33,214 nt of DNA. Origin: an uncultured Campylobacterales bacterium. Its GTDB lineage: Bacteria; Campylobacterota_A; Desulfurellia; JAADFJ01. The notes beneath the pieces were generated by a model. The model had not been told where the DNA came from and did no database searches. It saw only the letters and a program-made list of their open reading frames with translations. This document shows, piece after piece, positions 16,320 to 29,168 of this stretch (the first letter of the stretch is position 1; every line of letters begins with the position of its first letter). The DNA lies in contig CAZAPZ010000001.1 of NCBI GenBank assembly GCA_964487285.1, positions 8,239 to 41,452 on the forward strand, in the 5' to 3' direction. The translations under genes were made by a program, and so were the position numbers.

Positions 16320-16712
16320 ATGAAAGCTTTTGACATTGCGGCAAGCGGATTAAGCGCAGAACGTTTTAGAATTGATATTATATCTTCCAATATAGCTAAC
16401 AGCGATACCATAAAAACCGCTGAAGGCGGTCCGTACAAGAAGCGCTCCGTTATATTTCAAGCTGTCCCGTTTCAAAACTATCTTTCTAAGGTAAAAGTTG
16501 AAGATGTTGTAAGAGACGACAGCCCTCCGAAACTGAAATATGATCCGTCAAATCCGCTGTCCGATAAAAACGGTTATGTTCATTATCCAAACATAAGTCC
16601 TATTGTCGAAATGACCGATATGGTTGAAGCAATGCGTGCATACCAAGCTAATGCATCGGTGATAGATGCCGCCAAAAGTATTGCGAAAAATACACTCGCT
16701 ATACTTGGATAA
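16320..16712 (+). CDS. flgC: Flagellar basal-body rod protein FlgC
   Basis: IAASGLSAER...NIAN, GGPYKKR, YDPSNP...GYVHYPN, RAYQAN. Confidence 0.97.
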   Translation: MKAFDIAASGLSAERFRIDIISSNIANSDTIKTAEGGPYKKRSVIFQAVPFQNYLSKVKVEDVVRDDSPPKLKYDPSNPLSDKNGYVHYPNISPIVEMTDMVEAMRAYQANASVIDAAKSIAKNTLAILG

Positions 16713-16770
16713 AGAAGACTCTAAAAGATTTTATATAAAAAGATAAGGGTGCGTAACATTGGATTATAAC

Positions 16771-16798
16771 TTGAAGTTTCTTAAACTAATTGTATAAT
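16771..16798 (+). promoter_or_regulatory. Internal sigma70-type promoter before fliE
   Basis: TTGAAG-N16-TATAAT in the 119-bp flgC-fliE gap, followed by an AAGGGGG RBS. Confidence 0.6.
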
Positions 16799-16831
16799 AA
16801 GGTAAAGTATAGAAAGGGGGATTAACTAAAA

Positions 16832-17119
16832 ATGAATGGCATAAACAAAATAGATAGTGTAATATCGGTCGATCCTCTAAAAAAACAGTCAAACGGTGGT
16901 GCGGATTTTGGAAAAATTCTATCCGGTTCGATTGAAGCTGTGAATAAACTTCAACAAGAGGCGGATAACTCTGTAGCAAAAATTGCCGAAGGTAAAAGCG
17001 ACGATATTGTAGGAACCGTTCTTGCATTAGAGAAGGCTGACCAATCACTTAAATTAATGACCGAGGTGAGAAATAAAGTTATAGAGGCTTATAATCAGGT
17101 GATGCGTATGCAGGTCTAA
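16832..17119 (+). CDS. fliE: Flagellar hook-basal body protein FliE
   Basis: C-terminal EVRNKVIEAYNQVMRMQV. Confidence 0.97.
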   Translation: MNGINKIDSVISVDPLKKQSNGGADFGKILSGSIEAVNKLQQEADNSVAKIAEGKSDDIVGTVLALEKADQSLKLMTEVRNKVIEAYNQVMRMQV

Positions 17120-17124
17120 GCTGA

Positions 17125-18705
17125 ATGGATTTTAGCCTTTTATTACAAGAAATATCCAAGCTATTTAAAAACTTGTCGGTATCACAAAAGGTCATACTGA
17201 CATTTTTTACTACTTTAATGTTAGCGGGTCTAATTGTTTTGTCATTTTCCGAGGGTGGCAGCAAACCATATTCATTGCTATATTCCGGACTGACTCCATC
17301 CGATACATCGAAAATTATTGCCGAACTTAAATCTTCGCATGTAAAGTATAAGCTTGCGGGAGAAGGAACAATAGATGTTCAGAGTGACAAAATTTTTGAT
17401 GTGCGTATGCAGCTTGCATCAAAAAATCTTCCATCCGGCGGTGTTGTAGGCTTTGAATTGTTTGATAAATCCAACTTTGGAACAACGGATTTTGTGAACA
17501 ACATCAACTACCAAAGGGCGCTTTCGGGTGAGCTTACAAGAACTATAAACAGTCTTGATGAAGTTAAAAATAGCAGAGTGCAAATAGCCATACCAAAGCC
17601 GTCAATCTTTGTTTCTAAACAGCAAAGCCCGTCTGCAAGCGTTGTTCTTTCGCTGAATTATAATATTTCTATGGCGTCTGTTAGGGCTATTCAACATATT
17701 GTTGCTTCAAGCATCCCGGGAATGAAAACAAGAGATGTTACTGTTGTTAGTACGGACGGAACTTTATTGAGCAGATCCAAAGAAATGGCTGTAAGTGATG
17801 AAAAAATTAAATATCAAAGACAGATTGAGCAGCTGCTTGAAAATAAAGTTAGAAGACTTCTCGCCCCGATTGTGGGAAATAAATTAACGGTGGCAATAAA
17901 GGTTGATGCCGACTTTAGTAAGAGTAGTAAGCAGTCGATTGTTTATGACCCTAATTCTGTTCCTGTAAGCGAGGAAACTACAAGTGAGAAAAACGGAGCC
18001 TCATCTTCAGGTGTGCCGGGAGTAGTTTCCAATGTTACCAGTTCACCTACAGCTCAATCTGTACCCATTTCATCATCTAAGAAAAAGACAGTAACTAATT
18101 TTGATGTTGGAAAAATTATCACGCAGAATAGCTTGGAACCTGGAAGAATCAAACGTGTCACAGCATCTGTTATTGTTGACGGCAGCTATGTTATGAATAA
18201 AAAAAAGAAGGTATATGTGAAACGTTCAAGCCAGCAAATGGCACAGTTAAAAAGTCTTATTGCTTCGGCCATAGGTTACGACAAAAATAGAGGAGATTCG
18301 CTGACCGTTGCAAATGTTCAGTTTGCGTTGCCTGCAGTATTAGCTATACAAAAAATTAGCACTGTGCAAAAATTATTAAATAAATTAAAAGAGTTTTTGC
18401 CTATTTTGCGCTACCTTTTTGGACTTATAGCTGTTATGTTTTTATACCTGTTTGTTGCCAGGCCTCTTGTAAAAAACCTCTCCAAGCCGATTGCCGAAAT
18501 TGATTCGTCCGGTGGTATTGACAGAACGGTTGTGGGTCAAAAGGTTTCAGATATCGAAGCTAAAGTTAAAAGAGAGATTGAGGTCGAATCTCAGCTGACA
18601 GAGACTCAGATAAAAGAGAAAGAATTTAATAATTCAGTTAAGAAAAAAGTTAACGATGTACCTGAAACCGCAACTACAGTACTTAGAGGGTGGCTAAACG
18701 AATAG
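17125..18705 (+). CDS. fliF: Flagellar M-ring protein FliF
   Basis: GFELFDKSNFGTTDF, YQRALSGELTRTI, ASVVL, AIGYDKNRGD, two TM helices. Confidence 0.97.
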   Translation: MDFSLLLQEISKLFKNLSVSQKVILTFFTTLMLAGLIVLSFSEGGSKPYSLLYSGLTPSDTSKIIAELKSSHVKYKLAGEGTIDVQSDKIFDVRMQLASKNLPSGGVVGFELFDKSNFGTTDFVNNINYQRALSGELTRTINSLDEVKNSRVQIAIPKPSIFVSKQQSPSASVVLSLNYNISMASVRAIQHIVASSIPGMKTRDVTVVSTDGTLLSRSKEMAVSDEKIKYQRQIEQLLENKVRRLLAPIVGNKLTVAIKVDADFSKSSKQSIVYDPNSVPVSEETTSEKNGASSSGVPGVVSNVTSSPTAQSVPISSSKKKTVTNFDVGKIITQNSLEPGRIKRVTASVIVDGSYVMNKKKKVYVKRSSQQMAQLKSLIASAIGYDKNRGDSLTVANVQFALPAVLAIQKISTVQKLLNKLKEFLPILRYLFGLIAVMFLYLFVARPLVKNLSKPIAEIDSSGGIDRTVVGQKVSDIEAKVKREIEVESQLTETQIKEKEFNNSVKKKVNDVPETATTVLRGWLNE

Positions 18706-19736
18706 TTGAAATGGGTAAAATAAGTGAAATTTCTGATAAGCTGCCAGGAATAAGAAAAGCGGCCATTGTTACAGTTGCTCTTGGCGAGAAACTGGCTGGA
18801 AATATATATAAATATTTGAGTAAAGATGAAATAGCTTTAATATCCGAAGAGGTTGCCAGAACAAAAAAGGTTGACAAATCTGTTGAAGCATCAGTATTGA
18901 AAGAGTTCTACAATCTTGTGATGGCAAACCAATATGTTAATGAGGGCGGCTTTGAATATGCAAAAGAATTAATACTGAAAAGACTGCCTGAAAATGAGGC
19001 TAAGGCTATAATATTAAGAATTGAAAAAACACTAAGGTATGGAAATAGTTTTGCATTTCTTTCTAAAATAGGAGCTTCTGAATTAATAAAGTTTCTTAAA
19101 GATGAGCGTCCGCAAACAGTTGCAGTTGTACTTTCAAACATGAAGCCTAAGCAAGCAGCGGAAATTTTATCTAAATTAGAAGAAAAACTTCAAAATAAAG
19201 TTATGTTGAGGATGGCAAGTACAGAAAATGTCTCTCCAGAAGTACTAAAGCAGGTTTCCGAGATTTTAAATGCTCGCCTTAAAAATGTCTCCGTATCTGA
19301 GGGTATAAAGGTTGGAGGCATTGATAATGTTGCTGAGATTTTTAACAATATGGAAAGAGAAAATTCCAAAAAAATACTTGAAAATTTATCCAAAGAGGAT
19401 GAAAAGTTAGCATCAAAGATCAGGGATCTGATGTTTGTGTTTGATGACATAGTTAAACTTGATAACAAAGATATTCAGGAAATACTCAAGCGAATTGATA
19501 AAAAAAATCTTATTGTTGCTCTTAAAGGGACAACTGAGGAAATAAAGGAGAGATTCTTATCCAACATGAGTCACCGTGCTTCAGATACCATAAAAGAAGA
19601 GATGGATTATTTGGGATCAGTTAAAGTAAAAGAGGTTTCCGAAGCGCAGCACAGTATAGTAGAAGAGATAAGAGCTATGGATGATGAAGGCATCATATCA
19701 ACTTCTGCTGGTGAGGATGACCAATATGTCTCTTAA
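18690..19736 (+). CDS. fliG: Flagellar motor switch protein FliG (alternative start ATG 18711)
   Basis: RKAAI, GGFEYAKE, ERPQTVA, MFVFDDI, FLSNMSHRA. Confidence 0.97.
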   Translation: MAKRIVEMGKISEISDKLPGIRKAAIVTVALGEKLAGNIYKYLSKDEIALISEEVARTKKVDKSVEASVLKEFYNLVMANQYVNEGGFEYAKELILKRLPENEAKAIILRIEKTLRYGNSFAFLSKIGASELIKFLKDERPQTVAVVLSNMKPKQAAEILSKLEEKLQNKVMLRMASTENVSPEVLKQVSEILNARLKNVSVSEGIKVGGIDNVAEIFNNMERENSKKILENLSKEDEKLASKIRDLMFVFDDIVKLDNKDIQEILKRIDKKNLIVALKGTTEEIKERFLSNMSHRASDTIKEEMDYLGSVKVKEVSEAQHSIVEEIRAMDDEGIISTSAGEDDQYVS

Positions 19737-20340
19737 AAAATTGGATAGCTACGATCTTAAAACAGACGAAGATGCCAATAGCCTATTTAGTCGGCTCAGT
19801 GGAAAATCGGAAGGATTAGCGGACATATACAAAAAGAAATATGATGAAGGATATAACAAGGGCAGGGAAGACGGAATAGCTACCGGAGAAAATTCTGCCG
19901 AATCCACTTTAAAAGGTCTGTATGATAAAGCATTTGGGAATATTGATTCATCGGTAAAAAAACTTGATCTTTTATACGATAACTATATGACCATAATTAA
20001 TAGCCTTGAAGAAGGTCTGCCTGATTTAATAGCAGCTGTATCCGAGAATCTAATTTATGAAAAACTTGATAAAGACGATGGTACTATAATCAAAAAGGTG
20101 GTTGACAAGATAGTAGAAAAGATAAATTCGAAATTTGTTGTTTATGCATCCGAAGATGATAAAAAGAAAATGAGTTTTTCAGAATCTTTTGATATTAAAA
20201 GTGATAAAGAGCTGAAAATAGGAGATATTGTTATAGACTGGAAATATGGAAAAATAGACGGCAGAATAAAAACCAGGATTAAAAACATAGAAAATCAGAT
20301 TAAAGGTATAAAACTTGAAGAGTTTATCAAAAAGAATTAA
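19726..20340 (+). CDS. fliH: Flagellar assembly protein FliH
   Basis: GxxxG repeats (DEGYNKGREDGIATG), C-terminal GDIVID...IDGRI, position between fliG and fliI. Start moved to the ATG after GAGG. Confidence 0.85.
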   Translation: MSLKKLDSYDLKTDEDANSLFSRLSGKSEGLADIYKKKYDEGYNKGREDGIATGENSAESTLKGLYDKAFGNIDSSVKKLDLLYDNYMTIINSLEEGLPDLIAAVSENLIYEKLDKDDGTIIKKVVDKIVEKINSKFVVYASEDDKKKMSFSESFDIKSDKELKIGDIVIDWKYGKIDGRIKTRIKNIENQIKGIKLEEFIKKN

Positions 20341-21619
20341 AACTTTAGAAAACGCTGATTCTTTGAGCTATTACGGAAAGATTGAAAAGGTTGTAGGCTT
20401 AACTTTGCAGGCAGTCGGTGTGCCTGCACAATTGGGCGGTATATGCGATATTCACATTGGCAACAGACATCTTTTGGCTGAGGTTGTAGGATTTGATAAT
20501 GAAAAGATTTTTTTAATGCCGTTAGGTAATACGAAAGGTATATATTCAGGCTGCCAAGTAACATTGAATAATAAAAAACTTTCCATTGAATGCAGCAATA
20601 AACTTCTCGGGCGAGTAATAGACGGAATGGGCATACCTATTGATTCTAAAGGTGACATTTTGCCTGACATAGAATATCCGCTATACGCTGATCCTATTTT
20701 GCCTTTATCAAGAGGAATAATAAACGAACCGCTTGAGACAGGTGTTAAAGCTATTGATTGTTTCACAACGCTCGGCAAAGGTCAGAAAATAGGAATTTTT
20801 GCCGGATCGGGAGTGGGTAAAAGCACTCTAATGGGGATGATTGCAAGAAACAGCAATGCAGATGTGAATGTTATAGCACTTATAGGCGAACGGGGACGTG
20901 AGGTGAAAGAATTTATTGAAAGAGACTTGGGAGATGGACTGAAACGCTCTGTGGTTGTTGCTGCAACCAGTGAACAGCCGCCTCTTGTGAGGCGAGAAGC
21001 AGCATTTTGTGCAACTGCTATTGCGGAGTTTTTTAGAGATCAGGGCAAGGATGTGCTTATGATGATGGATTCTGTTACCCGTTTTGCAATGGCGCAGAGA
21101 GAGATAGGACTTTCCATAGGTGAACCCCCGTCAACCAAGGGATACACGCCTTCGGTCTTTTCGCTTCTTCCTAAACTAATGGAAAGAGCCGGCAAAATAA
21201 ATAATTCCGGAAGCATAACAGCTATATATACCGTATTAGTTGATGCGGATGATTTTAACGAACCGATTTCAGATGCTTGCCGATCAATATTGGATGGTCA
21301 TATTACTCTTTCTCGGAGGATTGCCGAGAGTGGAAAATATCCTGCAATTGATGTCAACAAAAGCATATCTCGTTTAATGCCATATATTCAAACAAAAGAG
21401 GTGATGGATATTTCAATAAAAGCCAAGCATTTGAAAGCAATATATGATGAGAATAGCGATTTGATTAAAATTGGAGCATATAAGAAAGGTGCGGATCGTT
21501 CGATTGACGAGGCGATTTCCAAAGTACCTCTGATAGATAATTTTTTAGAACAGTCATCCGATAAATGGTTTGACAGCAAAAAATGCTCGATAGAATTAGG
21601 TAAAATTACTCAGCAATGA
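20315..21619 (+). CDS. fliI: Flagellar export ATPase FliI
   Basis: GIFAGSGVGKST, IGERGREV, MDSVTRFAMAQREIGL, GEPPSTKGYTPS, YPAIDV. Confidence 0.98.
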   Translation: MKSLSKRIKTLENADSLSYYGKIEKVVGLTLQAVGVPAQLGGICDIHIGNRHLLAEVVGFDNEKIFLMPLGNTKGIYSGCQVTLNNKKLSIECSNKLLGRVIDGMGIPIDSKGDILPDIEYPLYADPILPLSRGIINEPLETGVKAIDCFTTLGKGQKIGIFAGSGVGKSTLMGMIARNSNADVNVIALIGERGREVKEFIERDLGDGLKRSVVVAATSEQPPLVRREAAFCATAIAEFFRDQGKDVLMMMDSVTRFAMAQREIGLSIGEPPSTKGYTPSVFSLLPKLMERAGKINNSGSITAIYTVLVDADDFNEPISDACRSILDGHITLSRRIAESGKYPAIDVNKSISRLMPYIQTKEVMDISIKAKHLKAIYDENSDLIKIGAYKKGADRSIDEAISKVPLIDNFLEQSSDKWFDSKKCSIELGKITQQ

Positions 21620-22524
21620 TTGCCATGATGAGAAAAAGGATTAAAACGCTATCTAAAATTATACATATAAAAACCGGGTTGATGAACGGTTTAAGAATGA
21701 TTATGAGCGGTTATATTAAAGATGAACTAAAAATAGAAGGAAAAATTAAAGAAAAAAACGATTTACTTAAAAAAAACGAGCTCCAATTCAAGCGGTTATT
21801 GACTAAAGAAAAACTTAATATACAAAAAATTAGAAATATATCTCTTGAATACGATTTAAATCAAAAAGAAAAGAAAGAGTTAAATCAGAGTCGGAAAAGA
21901 TTGACCGAAAAAATAGATGAGCTTATAGGACGAATCACCGAAGTACATAAGGAGATCAAACTGTTTGGATCTTTGAAAGAAAAGAGACAGCAGGATATTA
22001 ACGAAGAGCAGGAAAAAATAGAGCAAAAAATGAATGATGAATCTGCAAATAATCAGTATCTGAGAAAAATGAAAACATTAACAGTGATTATATTGTTAAT
22101 TTTATTTCCTGTTATTGTAAATGCAGGGAAAGTAACCAACCAAACCAGTTCCAATTCAAGCTCATATTTGTATGAAAATCAGATTAAGGCGAGTATATCG
22201 AATCTGAAAAGTCTCAAAACTAAAGTAATGGCAGAACAGAAGAGATTGCAAGCTCTTATAAAGAAATATAACGATGCAAGATCGGCAATGGAAGCAACTG
22301 CCAAACAGTTAGAGAATAGAAATTATAAGATGATAGGCAGCATATATGGAAATACCGATCCTCAATCATCCGCTAAGTCCTTGTCTTTGTTATCATCAGT
22401 TGATGCAGCTAAAATTTTATCAGCGATGCCAGGTAGGAAGGCAGGTAAAATTTTGTCGGTCATGGGAGCTGCTACTGCATCAAGAATTACATTAGAGATG
22501 ATTAAACTCGGTGTTATCAAGTGA
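21616..22524 (+). CDS. fliJ: FliJ-like coiled coil fused in frame to a signal/TM segment and a MotE/YlxF (MgtE_N-like) domain
   Basis: First ~150 aa are a coiled coil ending EQEKIEQKMNDE (FliJ tail), right after fliI. Then MKTLTVIILLILFPVIVNA and IYGNTDPQSSAKSL...AAKILSAMPGRKAGKILSVM. Confidence 0.75.
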   Translation: MIAMMRKRIKTLSKIIHIKTGLMNGLRMIMSGYIKDELKIEGKIKEKNDLLKKNELQFKRLLTKEKLNIQKIRNISLEYDLNQKEKKELNQSRKRLTEKIDELIGRITEVHKEIKLFGSLKEKRQQDINEEQEKIEQKMNDESANNQYLRKMKTLTVIILLILFPVIVNAGKVTNQTSSNSSSYLYENQIKASISNLKSLKTKVMAEQKRLQALIKKYNDARSAMEATAKQLENRNYKMIGSIYGNTDPQSSAKSLSLLSSVDAAKILSAMPGRKAGKILSVMGAATASRITLEMIKLGVIK

Positions 22525-22555
22525 CTGATGGGAATGACGTAACTTGTGAGTCAAG

Positions 22556-22591
22556 AATAAAGGAGAAAGGGTAAAAGATTCCTCTTTTATT
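22556..22591. terminator. Possible bidirectional terminator between convergent flagellar and pyrG transcripts
   Basis: AATAAAGGAG...CTCTTTTATT imperfect inverted repeat. Confidence 0.35.
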
Positions 22592-22598
22592 TACTCTA

Positions 22599-25861
<3,263 letters not shown>

Positions 25862-25895
25862 AGCATGGTCTCATAACTTTAGCTTTTTGGAACTG

Positions 25896-26246
25896 TTATT
25901 TAACTGTTTTTGTACCGGACGTCTTATTTGGGGCGACAGGTAGCGTTGGAAGTTTCTTCACCTTTTTTATCGGCTTTTTCTGTATTACATTTGTTGTTGT
26001 GACAGATTTGACAGATGAACTAACTAAAGTTTTATTGATGAGAAAAGTATTCACAACAAATAGAATTCCAATTATCCAAGTTAGTTTCGCAAGAAACGGC
26101 ATAGTTCCTCTGCTGCCGAACACAGTTTCACTGGCACCTGCGCCAAAAGATACTCCCATTGAAGCACCCTTACCCTTTTGCATCAATATGATACCGATTA
26201 ATATTACGCTTAAAAAAAATTGAACGAAAATAAATAAGATTAGCAT
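25896..26246 (-). CDS. secG: Preprotein translocase subunit SecG
   Basis: ILMQKGKGASMGVSFGAGASETVFGSRG, two TM helices, follows tpiA. Confidence 0.96.
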   Translation of the reverse strand: MLILFIFVQFFLSVILIGIILMQKGKGASMGVSFGAGASETVFGSRGTMPFLAKLTWIIGILFVVNTFLINKTLVSSSVKSVTTTNVIQKKPIKKVKKLPTLPVAPNKTSGTKTVK

Positions 26247-26974
26247 GTTTTTACCTCTTTAAATATGTTTATAATCTTTATAAATTGATTTGCATTTAGA
26301 CTTGCTCCTCCAACGAGCACTCCGTCTATCCGGTCGCATGATGCAATTTCATACGTATTTTCAGGTTTTACGCTGCCGCCATAAATAATCGGCACATCAG
26401 CCATTTGACCGCTTAGTTTGTCTCTAATGAAGCTATGTGTTTGTTCTATCGTTTTAATATCGGCTATTTTACCGGTACCTATTGCCCAAATAGGCTCATA
26501 TGCAACGATAAAAGGCATCAATTCTTTTCGTAAGATATTTATCTGCATTGATAGAACTGGCTCTTTTTTACCTGTTTCTCTTTCTTCCAACGTCTCTCCT
26601 ATACAGTAGATCGGTATTAATCCTGCTTTTCTTGCAGCCGTTAGCTTTTTAGATAGAAACTTATTATCTTCGCCGAAAATATGTCTTCTCTCTGAATGAC
26701 CTATTATAACATATTTGCAGCCTATGTCTATCAGCTGAATCGGGGATATCTCACCTGTATATGCACCATAATTTTTATAATAGCAGTTTTGGGCTCCGAG
26801 GGCTATATTATTTCCTAACTTGGATTTTATAGAATCAAGCAGTGTGAAAGGCGGTAAAATAATAACATTTGCTCCTTCGCCGTAGGAATTGTTTAGATTG
26901 TCAATTAACTTGATGGAGTCATCTTTTTTTAGGTTCATTTTCCAATTGGCAGCTATGATTGGTTTATCTATCAA
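26240..26974 (-). CDS. tpiA: Triosephosphate isomerase
   Basis: NWKMN, GHSERR, AYEPIWAIGTG, YGGSVK, LVGGASL. Confidence 0.98.
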   Translation of the reverse strand: MIDKPIIAANWKMNLKKDDSIKLIDNLNNSYGEGANVIILPPFTLLDSIKSKLGNNIALGAQNCYYKNYGAYTGEISPIQLIDIGCKYVIIGHSERRHIFGEDNKFLSKKLTAARKAGLIPIYCIGETLEERETGKKEPVLSMQINILRKELMPFIVAYEPIWAIGTGKIADIKTIEQTHSFIRDKLSGQMADVPIIYGGSVKPENTYEIASCDRIDGVLVGGASLNANQFIKIINIFKEVKTC

Positions 26975-28143
26975 TTTAGAACCTCAAGTCCCGGCAGCGG
27001 CTTTCCGCTTATAAGCTGCAGTGCAGCTCCTCCGCCTGTTGAAATAAAACTCATATTCTCGGCTTCATTTGCCCTGTAAATAGCATCGGCAGTGTCTCCT
27101 CCTCCAATAATGGTAAGAGCGTATGAATCGGCTACATGGTGAGCTAAGCTGAATGTTCCTCTTGAGAAAAGATCATTTTCATATATGCCCATCGGGCCAT
27201 TCCAGAAAATTGTCCTGACATCCTCAATAGCTTCGCTGAAAAGTTTGACAGTAGCAGGTCCTATGTCAACACCATGCCATCCTATCGGAATTTCCTCCAC
27301 AGGAACAACTTTGATAGCGTTAGGTTTATTAGTATCGTCTGAACTTACCACGTCAACTGGAAGATATAGTTTTTTATCAGTAGTTTTCAACATGGAAAGA
27401 ATCTCATCAACGGTTTTCATGATATCATCATCATATTTGATACCAATTTTTTTTCCGATTCCAACAATAAACGGAAAAGCCAATTTTCCACCTATGAGAA
27501 TTTTATCTGATAGTTTAAGGAGATTTTTTATTGCTTTGATCTTTCCTTCCATCTTTGCACCACCCAGGATTGATACAAACGGACGAATAGGATTATAAAG
27601 AACTTTCTTAAAATAGGCAATCTCTTTTTTTAGAAGAAATCCTGCCACGGCAACTTTCATAATTTTGGGTACTCCATAGATTGACGCATGCAATCTATGG
27701 GATGTTCCAAATGCGTTATTTACATAAACGTCCGCCAATTTCGCAAGTGATTTTACAAACATAGGATCGTTTTTTATTTCCCCGTTATCGAATCTCAGAT
27801 TTTCAAGTAGGACTACCTCGCCCGGCTTCATAGTTTTTATCGCTTTTTCAACATCGGTTCCTACGCAGTCGTGTAAAAGTAAAACATTAATATCCAGCAG
27901 CGTTTCAAGTCTTTTGCCTACATTTTTTAAGCTCAAATGGGTATCGTTTTTTCCTTGAGGTCTTCCAAGATGCGATGCAAGTACAACTTTTGCTTTTTCA
28001 TCTATGGCATATCGTATTGTGGGCAGGGACTCTTTCAACCGTCTGTCATTGGTAATTTGTCCATCCTGATCAATCGGTACATTGAAATCGCATCTTATAA
28101 AAACAGTTTTGTTGTAGATGGCTACGTCGTTTATAAACAACAT
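26971..28143 (-). CDS. pgk: Phosphoglycerate kinase
   Basis: RCDFNVP, SHLGRP, LLENLRF, DIGP, WNGPMG, GGGDT, STGGGA. Confidence 0.97.
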   Translation of the reverse strand: MLFINDVAIYNKTVFIRCDFNVPIDQDGQITNDRRLKESLPTIRYAIDEKAKVVLASHLGRPQGKNDTHLSLKNVGKRLETLLDINVLLLHDCVGTDVEKAIKTMKPGEVVLLENLRFDNGEIKNDPMFVKSLAKLADVYVNNAFGTSHRLHASIYGVPKIMKVAVAGFLLKKEIAYFKKVLYNPIRPFVSILGGAKMEGKIKAIKNLLKLSDKILIGGKLAFPFIVGIGKKIGIKYDDDIMKTVDEILSMLKTTDKKLYLPVDVVSSDDTNKPNAIKVVPVEEIPIGWHGVDIGPATVKLFSEAIEDVRTIFWNGPMGIYENDLFSRGTFSLAHHVADSYALTIIGGGDTADAIYRANEAENMSFISTGGGAALQLISGKPLPGLEVLN

Positions 28144-29159
28144 TATTTGTTCAGGGTTTCACCCATCTTTTCGACTAACTGCGCAAGACGTGATGAGTAT
28201 CCCCATTCATTATCGTACCATGCCACGACCCTTGCTCTTTTGCTGCCGATCACTCTGGTGAATTCCGAATCAAATATAGCCGAATACGGGTTGCCGATAA
28301 TATCCGTTGATACAAGAGGTTCTTCGGAATATTGTAGAATTCCCTTTAAATTGGTCTCCGAAGCTTTTTTCATAGCTGAATTTATACTTTCGACAGTCAT
28401 ATCCTTTTCTGTGTCAAATGTTAAATCAATCAATGATCCGTCCGGTGTAGGAACTCTAATGGAAATTCCGTCAAGCTTGCCTTTAAGTTCAGGTAAAACA
28501 AGTTCGGTAGCAATGGTTGCCCCTGTTGTTGTAGGTATCATATTTACTGATGCGGCCCTTGCCCTTCTGAGATCTTTATGCGGAAGGTCTAAAATTCTTT
28601 GGTCATTTGTATATGAATGGACTGTTGTCATAAATCCTGCCGCTACATTGAAATTATCTATGAGAATTTTCATAACAGGTGCAAGACAGTTGGTTGTGCA
28701 GGATGCATTTGATAATATTTTTTCATTTAGCATATCATCATTATCATTAACACCAAGTACAACCGTTTTAACCTCTCCGCCTTTTGCCGGAGCGCTAAGT
28801 GCCACCTTTTTTGCACCGGCGGAAATATGTTTTGATGCAAGTTCTTTTGTTCTGAAAAATCCTGTTGATTCAACAACAATATCAATTTTCATATTTTTCC
28901 ATGGAAGAAGTGCCGGATCTCTTTCTTTTAAAACCTTCAAGATTTTGCCATCTACTATGAGGTTGTCGCCTTCGGCTTTGACTGATTTGCCAAATGTTCC
29001 ATGCACCGAATCATGCTTTAGCAGATGAGCAAGCATAGATGGGTTTGTCAGATCATTTATTGCCACTATGTCAATATTGTTTTGTTCGCTGAGAATTCTA
29101 AAAGTCATTCTCCCTATTCTGCCGAATCCATTTATAGCTACTCTTATCTTTTTATCCAT
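28143..29159 (-). CDS. gap: Type I glyceraldehyde-3-phosphate dehydrogenase
   Basis: INGFGRIGR, SNASCTTNCLAP, DLRRARAA, WYDNEWGYS. Confidence 0.99.
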   Translation of the reverse strand: MDKKIRVAINGFGRIGRMTFRILSEQNNIDIVAINDLTNPSMLAHLLKHDSVHGTFGKSVKAEGDNLIVDGKILKVLKERDPALLPWKNMKIDIVVESTGFFRTKELASKHISAGAKKVALSAPAKGGEVKTVVLGVNDNDDMLNEKILSNASCTTNCLAPVMKILIDNFNVAAGFMTTVHSYTNDQRILDLPHKDLRRARAASVNMIPTTTGATIATELVLPELKGKLDGISIRVPTPDGSLIDLTFDTEKDMTVESINSAMKKASETNLKGILQYSEEPLVSTDIIGNPYSAIFDSEFTRVIGSKRARVVAWYDNEWGYSSRLAQLVEKMGETLNK

Positions 29160-29168
29160 ATTTTCTCC

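Noticed and set aside
25862-25895. tRNA after secG
   Set aside because: The gap is only 34 bp; no cloverleaf.
27937-29028. 363-aa plus-strand ORF antisense to gap/pgk
   Set aside because: It mirrors a highly conserved gene and has no recognisable motif; best explained as a shadow frame.
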